Of a stretch of 64,000 bases of DNA, positions 1 to 11,500 are shown in pieces. The DNA is taken from positions 1 through 64,000 of IMG/VR virus record IMGVR_UViG_3300032038_000060, one strand, 5' to 3'. The first letter of the stretch is position 1. Every line of letters starts with the position of its first letter. Under the pieces are notes generated by a model. It saw only the letters and a list, made by a program, of their open reading frames with translations. It was not told the DNA's origin and ran no database searches. The DNA comes from a virus (Duplodnaviria; Caudoviricetes). The position numbers and the translations under genes were made by a program.

Positions 1-293
1 ATGCGCTTTGCACAAATCAAAAAAAAAAGCCGAAATAAGTGGCGATGAAAAAAAAACTATACAGCGACAACACAAAAAAACAAAGAATAAAGTTATTCAT
101 TCTACATGTTCGCGCAGTTGCAATAACTTTATCCTTTAAGAAAAATGGTATAGAGAATCCTTCTCTTTATATTAGATATAAGGTAGATAGTATCTACTAT
201 AGAAACCAGTAATACTATTTCTTCATTCTATATATATATTATAAAGGTATAACGCGCATACACACGCACGTATATATATAATAAGGTACGCAC

Positions 294-644
294 CTACCAA
301 CTGACGCCTAATTTCTTCATGGCTTTGTTGGCATACTGCAAAGTGCCGGGGCCAATGCCGTCCAAGTCGAGCAACTGACCTGGAGTCATGGCAAGGAACT
401 GGCTGAAGGTGGTGACTCCCTGCTTTGCCAGAGCATTACGGAGTCGGGCGGCATAGGCTTTGTGTTTTTTGCCGAACGCCTCGCAAAGATCGTCCATTGT
501 AAACGTTACTTCCTTAGGGCTTTCACCTTCAGCAACGGTTGGTGTCATGCTTTCGGCTATGGCTTTGCGTATCTCACCCAGCTCATACTCCACCTTCTCA
601 ATCCGCTTCAGTATAGCGGCCACGCTTTGTTTACTCTTTTTCAT
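294..644 (-). CDS. Small protein with a C-terminal RNA polymerase alpha-CTD-like (helix-hairpin-helix) domain
   Basis: Start MKKSKQ at 644, since a promoter box at 670-677 lies inside the longer ORF call. The C-terminus RLRNALAKQGVTTFSQFLAMTPGQLLDLDGIGPGTLQYANKAMKKLG follows the alpha-CTD pattern R..N.L...GI.T..DL...T..LL.....G..SL..I...L...G. Confidence 0.65.
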   Translation of the reverse strand: MKKSKQSVAAILKRIEKVEYELGEIRKAIAESMTPTVAEGESPKEVTFTMDDLCEAFGKKHKAYAARLRNALAKQGVTTFSQFLAMTPGQLLDLDGIGPGTLQYANKAMKKLGVSW

Positions 645-669
645 AATGTTATTATTCTTGTAGCTGCTG

Positions 670-677
670 CAAAGGTA
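670..677 (-). promoter_or_regulatory. Bacteroidetes sigma-A type -7 box (TACCTTTG)
   Basis: caaaggta at 670-677, 26 nt upstream of the ATG at 644. No clear -33 TTTG box. Confidence 0.6.
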
Positions 678-746
678 CAAATATTTTTCCAAACAGCAAT
701 GGGTTTGCAGAAAAATACATCGCTGTCACCATCGACAACTGCCCTG

Positions 747-782
747 TGCCCTTGCAGGCGGCAAGGCAAAACCGTAAATTTG
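747..782 (+). promoter_or_regulatory. Variant of the phage late-promoter motif (TGCCCTTG-N20-TAAATTTG)
   Basis: TGCCCTTG 747-754, 20-nt spacer, TAAATTTG 775-782, upstream of the HU-like gene at 892. Confidence 0.55.
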
Positions 783-891
783 CAATTAGTTAATTCACAT
801 TGATGCTTTTCGTTAATCCAATCAATTGGTTTTCGTTAATTGGCATTTATTCGATTAGTTAATATATAAACCATTTAAACATTTTTCAATC

Positions 892-1464
892 ATGGCTCAT
901 AACGTTAAGATAAAGTATTATGCGCGAGAGAACACACAGATGGGTACGCACAGTTTCTACGGACAGGCTATCCCAAACGGGACGTATGGATTTGAAGAGG
1001 TCTGCATCCAGGCCAGTCGCAACACCAGTATCGAGGCTCACACTATCAGGGCTGCCGTACAGGAATACATGGCAATCGTCATGCAGCGTCTGCTCGACGG
1101 CTTCAGAGTAGAGGTAGGCCCGCAGTTCCTCACATGCTCCCCAAGCCTGGTGGCAAAGGTGAAGGACACACTCAACGATGACGGCACCGTAAAGAAAGCC
1201 TGCACAGCCGACGATCTCAGCGCACGCAGTGGTAAGAGCCGCGTGAAGGTGGTTGTCAATCCTGAGTTCTCGCATGAGTTTGCCAGCAGCGTGAAGTGGC
1301 AGAAGAGTGACCGCAAGGGTAACGTCATCGACGAAGAGGAGGAGGATGCTACCCTCGACGACGAAGAGGCTGCTAACAACAACGACGGTAACGAAAACCA
1401 AAACGGTAACCAAAACCAGGGCGGTGGCTCCGGTAACACCGGCGACGGTTGGGAAGAAGGTTAA
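892..1464 (+). CDS. Bacteroidetes-type HU/IHF-like DNA-binding protein with an acidic, N/G-rich tail
   Basis: 190 aa. The pattern 'SIEAHTIRAAVQEYMAIVMQRLLDGFRVEVG...F...PSL' fits the Bacteroidetes HU-like family. Low-complexity D/E/N/G C-terminus. Confidence 0.7.
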   Translation: MAHNVKIKYYARENTQMGTHSFYGQAIPNGTYGFEEVCIQASRNTSIEAHTIRAAVQEYMAIVMQRLLDGFRVEVGPQFLTCSPSLVAKVKDTLNDDGTVKKACTADDLSARSGKSRVKVVVNPEFSHEFASSVKWQKSDRKGNVIDEEEEDATLDDEEAANNNDGNENQNGNQNQGGGSGNTGDGWEEG

Positions 1465-1544
1465 AGGTTAGCCGCTGAAGCTGGTTTCTTGCAGTCGGGC
1501 GTACAAACCCTTTGTGCAAGCGGCAGAGCCGATTACAGGTTTCT

Positions 1545-1650
1545 GGTTTGACTTCGTCGATACCCTCTACTACTTCCATAGTTCTATGTGCTCCCCACAG
1601 GGGTAACTTCGCACAGAACTATCAGGTCATAGCAGAGTGCATTCAGGTTT
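1545..1650. repeat. Structured intergenic (REP-like) element, diverged copy
   Basis: Begins ggtttgacttcgtcgata like the copies at 14701, 21580 and 22057. Internal stem with cccc-aca-gggg. Confidence 0.6.
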
Positions 1651-1762
1651 CAGGCATTGCCGAGGCGCAGCCTAAGCTCGACCGAAGGTCAATGGTTAAA
1701 TCGGTTAAGAACGAAAACGAAAACGATAAACTCTTTTTTCAAGTTTAATATTGCCATTTTGG

Positions 1763-1793
1763 GGGCTGGTGTCGTGAGGCATCAGCCCTTTTT
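1763..1793 (+). terminator. Rho-independent terminator-like hairpin with a CGTGAGG loop
   Basis: gggctggtg (1763-1771) pairs with catcagccc (1780-1788), followed by ttttt. Confidence 0.65.
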
Positions 1794-1875
1794 GTCTGCC
1801 CACTGGCTTCGCCGAGCGCTATTCGCACCTCAGGAATAAATAACATTGCCGTTAATGCATTCCGTTCGGTTTGTC

Positions 1876-1910
1876 TGCCCTTGCTTTTACGCTTGCGCGT
1901 GTGTATTTTG
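1876..1910 (+). promoter_or_regulatory. Phage late-promoter motif TGCCCTTG-N20-TATTTTG
   Basis: Boxes at 1876-1883 and 1904-1910, upstream of ORF 1969 and the tape measure gene. Confidence 0.75.
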
Positions 1911-1968
1911 CGCGTAAAAAAGATAATACAGTTTCAAGTTTCAAGTTTCTGGTTTCAGGTAAAGATAC

Positions 1969-2493
1969 ATGGCTAACGAACTATGGCGGGAGAAAGACCC
2001 GTTTGCGGAGCATATATGGGCGACCAAGTTTGACTGGCGCGACGAGCGGGTGATGCAGTTTATCCGCAACTTCATCAAGTTTGGTAAGGAAGACTCAAAG
2101 AAGAACATACAGCGACTGGTCGCTATAAAATCGGGCAAACTAATCCGCAGTATCGGATGGAAGGCATGGAGCGATAGCGGCGGTGACGCGGAGGTGTTTC
2201 AGGAGACATATCTGAAATACGGTCAGTTCGTAGAACTTGCTGTCGGTAAGAACAATCCTTACACACCTATCGACCCCATAACACAGAGGGCATGGCGACC
2301 TATACCCGTCAGGGGACGCAAGCGCAGGGCAAAGCCACACAGTACTGCCGAAATGCGAAAGCAGGCCCGCAAGTTTGAGAGACTGGTTGTTAATCACCTC
2401 TCATTCATGGGTCTTGGATTCCTCGTCTATGCTGCTGGTGCTAACCGCGAGAACTACGAGGAAATTAACCGCCTGATGATGGCACGGAAGTAA
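1969..2493 (+). CDS. Phage virion protein, possibly neck/tail-completion (HK97 gp10-like)
   Basis: 174 aa, basic, 'KSGKLIRSI' and 'YGQFVELAVGK' motifs, directly upstream of the tape measure gene. Function inferred from position. Confidence 0.4.
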   Translation: MANELWREKDPFAEHIWATKFDWRDERVMQFIRNFIKFGKEDSKKNIQRLVAIKSGKLIRSIGWKAWSDSGGDAEVFQETYLKYGQFVELAVGKNNPYTPIDPITQRAWRPIPVRGRKRRAKPHSTAEMRKQARKFERLVVNHLSFMGLGFLVYAAGANRENYEEINRLMMARK

Positions 2494-2500
2494 GGGACGG

Positions 2501-2563
2501 GTTTCAGGTTTCTGGTTTCAGGTTTCAAGTTTCTGGTTTCAGGTTTCAAGTTTCAGGTTTCAA
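2501..2563 (+). repeat. Tandem heptamer array GTTTCWR x9
   Basis: Nine consecutive units gtttcag/gtttctg/gtttcaa. The longest of many such runs in the window. Confidence 0.95.
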
Positions 2564-2593
2564 GTAAGAACAACACAAACACAATATACGACT

Positions 2594-5500
2594 ATGAGCA
2601 ACAAGATAGCTTTAGCTACTATTCAGTTTCGCGCCGATGCGAAGGGCGCTAACGTAGCTCTCGAATCGCTGCGCAGCAGTGCCGATAATGCACGCCGAAC
2701 CGTAAACGAAATGCAGGCAGCGCTGGATAAGGGCATCAAGACGATGAAGGACTCTACCGGCGTGGAGTTCAACGTGGCTGACCGCCTAAGGGCTGCTACC
2801 AAGGAGGCCAAGGGCTTTGAGTCTGCAATCCACGAACTGATGAAGGGTGCTACAGCTCTGGAAGAGGTAGTACGAAATATCCGTCTGGGTGAGATTGAAA
2901 AGAGCAGTCGTGCCGAACTGAAGGGTGCCATCAACGCAGCGGAGAGCCGCAAGCGTTCTGTGCGTGGAAGTGACGAAGATAGTCTGAAGATGCAGCGTGA
3001 GCTGAACATCGTCATCGAGGAAAGCCGCAAACAGCTGAATAACCTTGACCGTGACACGCAAAAAGTTATTGATACGCTGAAGAACGGCGGTACTGTCGCG
3101 GAGTCGGTTCTTAACAAGGAGCAAAAGGGCTTGCAGGAAATACTCTCACTCATCCCAAAGGGTACTGAGGAATACAAGCAGTATGCTGCACAGCTGAAGG
3201 AAATCAAGACTCTTGTAGCCAACATCAAGCAACAGGAGCAGATAAAGGCCACCTCGCTGCTGGGCGATCAGAACCTTGGCAAATATACCGAGGAGCAGAT
3301 ACGCGCTGCCATTGATGCCGGCAAGTTGCTCATTCAGACTTACAAGACTGCCAGCCCTGAGGCTAAGGCTCTGGCTGACAACATAGCACGTGCCGAGCAG
3401 CACCTGAAGAACTACGGCATCGAGGCGGCTCGCGCTGCTGCAAAAGAGGCAGAGCAGATAAAGACGCAGGAACAGGCGGAGAAGCAACTGCGTATCACGA
3501 TGAATGGACGTCTGCGTGAATTGCCGAAACTGTCTGCCGAAGCTCTGGCTGAGACCAAGAAGTATTGGGAGGCGCAGAAGGCCGGTGCCGCGATGGGCAG
3601 CGCGGAGTTAGCCAAGTACGAGACTAACCTGAAGAAGATTGCCAATCAGGAAGAGAAGCGCCGCAGGGCACAGCTGGACAACGTTCTGACACAGCCAGGA
3701 CAATATGGTGTGGCAGAAGTGAAGGCTGCTACACAGGAGATGGAAAAACTGCGTGACAGCGTAAAGCAAGGTTCTGCTGCATGGCTGCACTATAACAAGA
3801 TGGTGGAGCAGGGTAAGGCGTACCTTGACGGTCTTGCGCTGCAAAAGGTAGAGACTCAGATGCAAAATCTCAGTACTCTCTCTGCTGCCGGACTGGCAGA
3901 GGTGAAGAAGTATTGGGAAGCGCAGGTATCAGGTGCCGCTCTTGGGAGCAGGGAACTTGACGAATACAAGGTAAAGCTGGAACAGGTGACTGCTGAGGAG
4001 CAACGCCGCACACAATTGCAAGCCCAACAACGTGTAGGTGTTCTCTCCAGCGGGAACCTGGGCCAATATACCGAGACGCAGATACGTCAGGCTATAGAGG
4101 CCGGGCAGCAGCTTATCAAGACGTATGCAACCGGTAGCACCGAGGCGCAAGAATTGGCGCAGAAGATTGTCGCTGCCGAGCAGCATTTGCGCCAGTATGG
4201 TGTGGAAGCGGAGCGCACGGCGGCGAAGGAAGCGGAGGCAGTGAGGAAGGCTGCCGAGGAACGTGCCAAGAACGACGCGCTGATGAAAGAGCAGTTGCAG
4301 AAGCAAGGTGCCCTGCTGTCAGAGTCTGCCCTGAAACAGCAGCAGCAGTACTGGCAGAGACTCATTGACGACCCCAAGACGGCAGCATCAAGCCTGCAGG
4401 AGTATAAGAGAAACTTGCTTGACGTACAAAGGGCACAACAAGCACAGACACAGATTAAAGGACAAGAGGCCCTTACCTTCTTCCGTGGCGACACCAGCAA
4501 TGCCAGTGCCGCTCAGATAAAGGAGCAGGCAGATGCTCTGAAGAAATACCGAGACTCGCTGCCACAGCAGACTAATGCCTCTATTATTCAGGAGATAGAC
4601 GGATATCTGGCAAAGACAGGCAAGACAGCCGAAAAAGCGACACAGGAGATGATAGAGCTTTCTAAGGCGATGAGTGTTTCTGCCAATTCGGGCAAGAGTG
4701 CTTTCGGCATTTCTAAGCAAAACATGGAGCAACTGGATTTCCTGAAGGAGCAGAAGAGATTGCTGGAAGAACAAATGGCAAGCGTGGCAAAAGGTTCTTT
4801 CACATGGCAAGAACTGAATAGAGAGTTGGCAGAGGTTAACGCACAGATGCAACGTCTGCCGTTTGCCGGTACTACCGAGGACTTACAGAAGGCACAGAAG
4901 GCAATAGAGCAGGCACTGGCCACCACCGACAAGGGTACGCCAAAGTATGAGCGTCTGCGTATGGCCCTCTCCCGTATCAAGGCTGAAATGGCAGGGGCTG
5001 GTATTTCTGCACAGAAGACGCAGGAGGTGCTGGCAAATCCGAAGGCAGAAAAGAGTATGGATGTCTTAAAGGCTGCCATTGCACGGGCACGTGCTGAAAT
5101 GGACGTGATGGGTCAGCGTGCCGAGCGCCTGAGATATCTTATAGAACAAGCCAGTGGCAGCGAAACATCCAGACACAGATTAGAAAGTCTGCAGAAAGAG
5201 TTGAGAAAGACGGAGGCAGACATGGCACAGCTCACCAAGGGCACCAAGGAATGTGACTTCGCACAGAAGCAACTTGCCAATACTTCCAAGGGTGCTGCCA
5301 GTTCCTTTGAAAAGGCATGGTCTCGCTTGAAGACATACATCACCCTGTATGTCGGTGCAGCCGTTGCTATACAAAAGATTACTGCCTCATTGGGTGACTT
5401 AATGGAACTCAGTGACAAGATGGGTGAGGTGCAGAAGACTACCAATCTGAATGCTGAAGCAGTAGGCCGCTTGTCTGAAAAACTAAAAGCCCTCGATGTG

Positions 5501-8500
5501 CGTACTCCTTTGGCAGACCTCATGGCTGTATCGGCAAGTGCCGGACAGTTGGGTTTGAAGACCGAGGAGGATATCATGGGCTTCACCGAGGCGGCTAACA
5601 AGATGATGATTGCCTTGCCTGAAATGGGTAAGGAGGCTGCAACGGAAATGATGCGTGTAGCTATCGCGACAGGCGAGGTTGACAAGATACGCAAGGAAAT
5701 GAGCCAAGGTTTGATAGAGGGTAGCAGTGCTACGGCTGTGGCAATGGAGAAAATTGCATCTACCGTTGACCGTCTGCGTGCAAGCAGTGCAAGTACGGCT
5801 CCTGAAATTACGGACTTCGTAAAGCGTGTTGGTGCCGTTGGTGCTCAGAGCGGCATATCTATTGATCAGGTAGCAGCCCTGGGTTCTACCATCAGTTCTC
5901 TTGGTATGCGTGTTGAGATGTCGGCAACGGCGTTGTCTCGTATGATACCGGCTATCAAAAACAATGCGTTTTCTGTAGCCAAGGCTATTGGAGTAACACC
6001 TGAGACCCTGCGTAATCTGTTTGAGACAGGCAGGGGTATGGAGGCAATACTGCTGATATTCCAGCACCTGAAGGATGCAGGCAAGGATGCTGACTCCATC
6101 GAGAAAATGCTGGGGCTTGGCGGTATGCAGGACGTGATGAAGCAACTTAACCAACAGGGTGCCAGGGCCGGCATCGTGTTTGCGGGTTTGTCACAAAACG
6201 TTGACGAGTTGCGCAAACAATTGGGTGTAGCTAATCAGGCTTACGAAGAGAACATCGCCATACAGCGGGAATTTGACCGTATGAACGATACCGCCGCCGC
6301 AAAGTGGGAAAGACTGAAAAACCAGTTTGAGGAGTTCTTTATAGGCGATGCCTCACAACGTTTCATGGGTGGACTGATCGATACTCTCCGTGGTTTTGTT
6401 GATGTCCTTACAGGAAACGTAGGTCCTGCTCTTCAGACTGTCACAGTACTTATTCACACATTCCTTGCATATTGGGGTGCATTGAAACTTGGTTTGGGTG
6501 AAGCTATTTTTGTCAAGGCATGGGAGGGCCTAAAGAATTTAGGCACGACCCTTTCTGGACTTACAACGACAACACAAAGGACTATCGTCTATACCAAATT
6601 ACTTGCAAAAGCAAACGAAGAACTGGCGGTAGCAACAACAGCAGTGGCACAAGCTGAAACAAGACAGAAAGTTGCCGCCATCGAGGCACGCATGGCACAG
6701 GAGGGTTTGAACAAAGCTATGGTTGCAAATATATGGATGGCCGTAGCTGTGGCCGTCGGAGCTTTAGTTCTTCAGGTTGTAAGATGGATAGATGCTGCCA
6801 ACGAGGCTGGCAAGGAGGCCGCTAAATTTGAAAGCGAACTGATAAGGGAGCAGATACAGGTAGATAATCTGACGGAGTCCATCGGTAAGGCAAGAGCAAA
6901 AATTGACGAGACAAACAAGGATGTTGAAAAGGCGCAAAAGGCTTTTAATGAAGCAAAGAAGAGTCTCGATGGCACTCGCGAGAGTACAGACAGACTGACA
7001 AAGGCCGAGACGGAACTGATAGAAAAGCAGGAGGCACAGCGCAAGGCTCTGGCCGAGCACAAGCGAATGATTGAACAGTTTAACACAGAGTATGGCAAAT
7101 ACCTGGGCTTTATGCTGAGTGAGGTTTCTTCAAACATTGAACTGGCACAGGCCCGCGAGTTAGTTAATGACAAATTGCGTGAGACTATCACCCTGAAGAA
7201 AAGGGAGGCTGCTATTACCCGTGTGGAGAATAAATACGGAGAAGATAGGGACGATGCTTATGCGTCTCTATTGGGTGCTGCACGCTATGCTTCCACCTCA
7301 AAAGACAACACTGGGAAAATGGTGCAAGACCCTACTAAGGCTGCAAAGGTAATGAATGCCATAACGAAGGCTGCCAATAATGACAAGCTGAGCAGGGAGC
7401 AATTTGAGAAGACCATTACAAGTTTCTTTAAGGAAAACAAGGTTGGCTACCGAGGAACGTCTTTGTTGAGTAAAGCACTCGATTACTTTGACGAGGTGAA
7501 AAAAGTCCGCGAGAAGACTAATGACGTGCTGGAACAATACAAGGGTGAAGACAAGGCTAACCGCGAGCAGTCACAGAAAGGACTGGAGCGACAGTACACA
7601 GCAGCCGTCGGCACTTACCTGGACCTTCAGAGAAAATACGTGAAGGCGACAGGTGATGCAAGAAAGCAGGCTGCCGCCGACATGCTGAAGCAGATGGACA
7701 GCATCAATGAGATGGTGGATAATTCCTCCAACTACTTTGACATGACCGAAGAAGATGAAAAGAGGTCGTATAACACCTTTATAAAGAATGGCGATGCTCG
7801 TCTGAAAGGTATGAACGCACAGCGTGAAAAACTTCTGAAAGAGGCAGGCAATGCCTATCAGTCGCGCAAGAAAGTAGGCGGTGGAGAGACTTCATCCATC
7901 AAGACTAACCCTTGGGGCGGCAGCCATGAGGCAGAGAGCATTGACTGGAAGAACATGAATGCCGATCAACTGGTGGCACGCCGCAAGCAGATGAATGAGT
8001 TCGTAAAAGCCATTCAGACAGACAGCGATGTTCAGAGCGTACTGAAAGAGGATGCCGCACTAAAGAAAGCCATCGAGAAGGGTATGTCGAGCGATATGCG
8101 TACCGTCATAGAATGGTATAACACAGAGCGCCTGAAGATACAGGATGAGTTGCATGCCCGTCACCTGACCAATACCGGCGACTGGCAGGATCCAAAGAAG
8201 CAGGCGGCCCGCAAGAAACAGTTCACGGATGAGATGAAGGCGTATCTGGAGGAACTGGATGCATACTATACAGAGCGCAACCAGAAGATTCAGAACGCCC
8301 GCAACGATGAGGAGATTACAGAAGGCGAGGCATGGCGACAGACCATTGAGAACGAGAGTGAATGGCATCAGCGCAGGGCCGAGCTGCAGAAGATGTACTC
8401 TAACAAGAGTGCCGAGGTGGTGAAGGATGAACAGGATGCTATTCACAGTATCATTGCCAAGAGGACCGGTGACGATGTTGCGTATATCGAAAAGAGCATA

Positions 8501-11500
8501 CAGAAGACAAAGCAGTTTGCCGAGCAGGTGCGCAAGGCTGACCCTCGCGGCGAGGACGAATACCGAAAATGGCAGGCTGACCTTGGACTGGGATGGGAAA
8601 AGGACTTCATGCAGCAGGCAAAGGCCATCGGCAAACAGGTGAAGTTCATGACGGACACACTGGCTAAGGAACGTCCGTTTAACGGCATCACTGAAAACCT
8701 TGAACTGAACCTGACGAAGATGGGTATATTGGTTGGCAACGTGCCCGACAAGATGCACTTCCTGTTAGGACAGATAGAGGATGCATATACACTGGACGTT
8801 AAGCAAATGGTTGACCGTGTGGCTCAGGCAGGCTTTACAGAGTGGGCTAAGCAGTTGCAGGGCGACGTATCTATGCAACAGGCTATGCTGGCACAGTTGC
8901 GCACGGCATACGAGGCGGTACAGGAGGCTATACGTAAAGAGGGTGCCCGCATAAAGAAGGATGCTGACATGATGTGGAAACTGGCTCTGACTCCTGACGG
9001 AAAGAATCTGAAGCAGGAGATTGATGCAGCAATGGTGAACATGACACAGCAGCAGGAGGCTGTAAGCAGAGCCAACTCCCTCATTGGTGCCGGAACGGCA
9101 TCGGAGAATGTGGCTTCAAGAGTAGCCATCAAACAGATGCAACTGCAGCTGAGTGTACAGCAGGCTCAGTTTGCCTTAATGAGAAAGATGGGCGACGAGA
9201 AGGCTCAGTACCTGGATCAGCTGGCAGAGCAGTATGAAAAGGAAAATAAACTGAAGGAGGCTGAAAGGGCTCGTCTGGATGCTGAAAACGTAAGAAAGAG
9301 TCTTGACATTGCCATTACGGAAGAGAAAAAGAAGCAGGCTGAGATTACAAAACATATTGCAAAGGAGCAGGAAGAAATACAGAATCGCCTGTATAAGGAC
9401 TTGCGCGAACTGAGCGGTCTCCTCACCAAAGGCTTGCAGGGTGTCTTTGAGGCGGTGAACTTCTACAACAGCAGCGACTATAATAATCTGGCTGTGACGC
9501 GGGCTGGTGGCTCGTATAACAAGAATACCACCAAGACGACTTCCTACAGCACCAGCAGTAAGGTGACGGACACGGGAAAGCATTCTACCTCGACGTCCGC
9601 TTCTTCTACCTCTACCAAGACGAACAAGACGGACTCGTCGGATGCATCACAGGCATCAAAGTCTTCTTACTCTGATACCAACCGCGACCAGAGTGTGAAC
9701 CGTTCTGCTACGTCAGACACTCACTCTACCACCAACACGTCGCAGTCGAAGACCTCTACCACCACGACGGAGAAGATACAGAGCTACTACATCATCGACA
9801 ATGCAGGTACGAAGGATGCTGTGGCCCGTGAGGTGGAGATGTCGGAGGAGGAGTATTACGAGAAGAAGATAGAACTCGACCGCGATAATGCCATCAAGGA
9901 AGCATGGAAGAATCTGCTCGACGAACTGAACATGAAGATGTCAGAGACCATCACTGATCAGATCAATGCCATGTTCCAGCAGGAGGCTATCGACACCAAT
10001 ACGGCTGCCCTCCGTCTGAATACTGATGCCCTTACAGGACTGACAGCCGCACTGGGTGCTTCACCTGAAACCAGAAACCAGAAACCTGAAACCGGCGATT
10101 GGGCCCGCGACGCACAGGGCATGGCTTTGGATGACAGCGGCAACATCGTTTATCCAATCCATCCGACAGAGACGGAAAGTGCCAAGCCGCTATTCCCAAC
10201 CTCTGCAGAAGATTGGGAAAAGACGAGGGAGCAGATGGGTGAAACCTTCCAGTTTGCCGGTGAGAAGATGATTGAGACCAACGAAATGCTCAACGAGGCA
10301 GGTGTCAAGCCGCTCTTCCCACAGCCAATGACCGACGACGAGGTGACGAAGACCATTGACAACTATGGCCTGATTCAAGACTCAATGGCAGAGAAGGTCA
10401 TTGAGACAGGTCAGATGGTACAGGATGCTGGCGTGCAGCCACTTACTCCGCAGATGATGTCGGACGAGGAGGTGCAGGCACAAATCGACCAGGCAAACAC
10501 TCTGGCACAGGGTAAGATTGATGCCCAGAACGCGGTAGCTGCCAATAAGGTAAATACTGACCAGCAACAGGTGAAGAGCGAAACATCTACTGACCAGCAG
10601 ATGACGACAAGTGCCAACAGCATGTATGCGAAGATGATACAGGCTGCAAATCTCTATGGTATTGCATATCAGGCAATGTCAAACGATAATTTGAATACGG
10701 CACAGAAATTCGAGATGATTGCAGTGCAGGCAGCAGGTCAGGCTGCAATATCTGCCTTGACAGCTTCTATGTCGCAAAATGCTGCACAGGTCGCTGCTGA
10801 CACTCCTGCCGTCGCATCTAAGACTTTTGCGCAACTTGGTCCTATCGGTGGACCTGCTGCCTTTGCTGCTATCACAGCTTTGCTTGGTGGTTTGCTTGGT
10901 GTTGCAGTCAGTAAGATTGCCAAAAGTAAGCAGGAAATCGCTCAGGCTACGGGTGTCAGTGCCTCTGGTACCAACGTCAGTGCCGGAAAGCTGATGACGG
11001 GTATGCTGACGTATGGCGAGGGTAACGTAAATGAGTTTACGGACCCAAGCAGTCTGACGCCGGGCAGGTCGTACAACGTTGACAGCGCGGACGGAAGGAC
11101 GTACAGGGCAAGGTATATGGGGGCTGACCCGAAGACACACCTGACGAACGGACCGGAGTTCCACCTGGTAGGCGAACGTGGCAGAGAGGCTATCATCGAC
11201 GCTCACACGACACGTCTGATGCAGATGGACGATACGGGCATCTGGCAGGCTATACAGACGTTGTATAACGGCGGCTCACTGCGCCACAGCGTCATGCGCC
11301 GTAAGGGACGTGGCATGGCTGCCTTCGCCGACGGAAACATTGACGAGTTCGAGACGACGGCTGATGGCGGAGGTCTGATGGCTGGCGGTGCAGGGTTATC
11401 ACCTGAACAGATGATGGCGCTGCAGGCGAGCATCGACAGACAGAGCGACTTGCTGGAGCGTGCTATGACGGACGGCATCCATGCATACTTCGACGTGTAT

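Noticed and set aside
1-290. AT-rich start of the window as a genome end or att site
   Set aside because: Only low-complexity TA runs, with no matching repeat at the other end and no integrase to support it.
2623-11478. Many antisense and alternate-frame ORFs over the tape measure gene (similarly over terL, portal, capsid and tail genes)
   Set aside because: Shadow ORFs of long genes with no motifs or expression signals.
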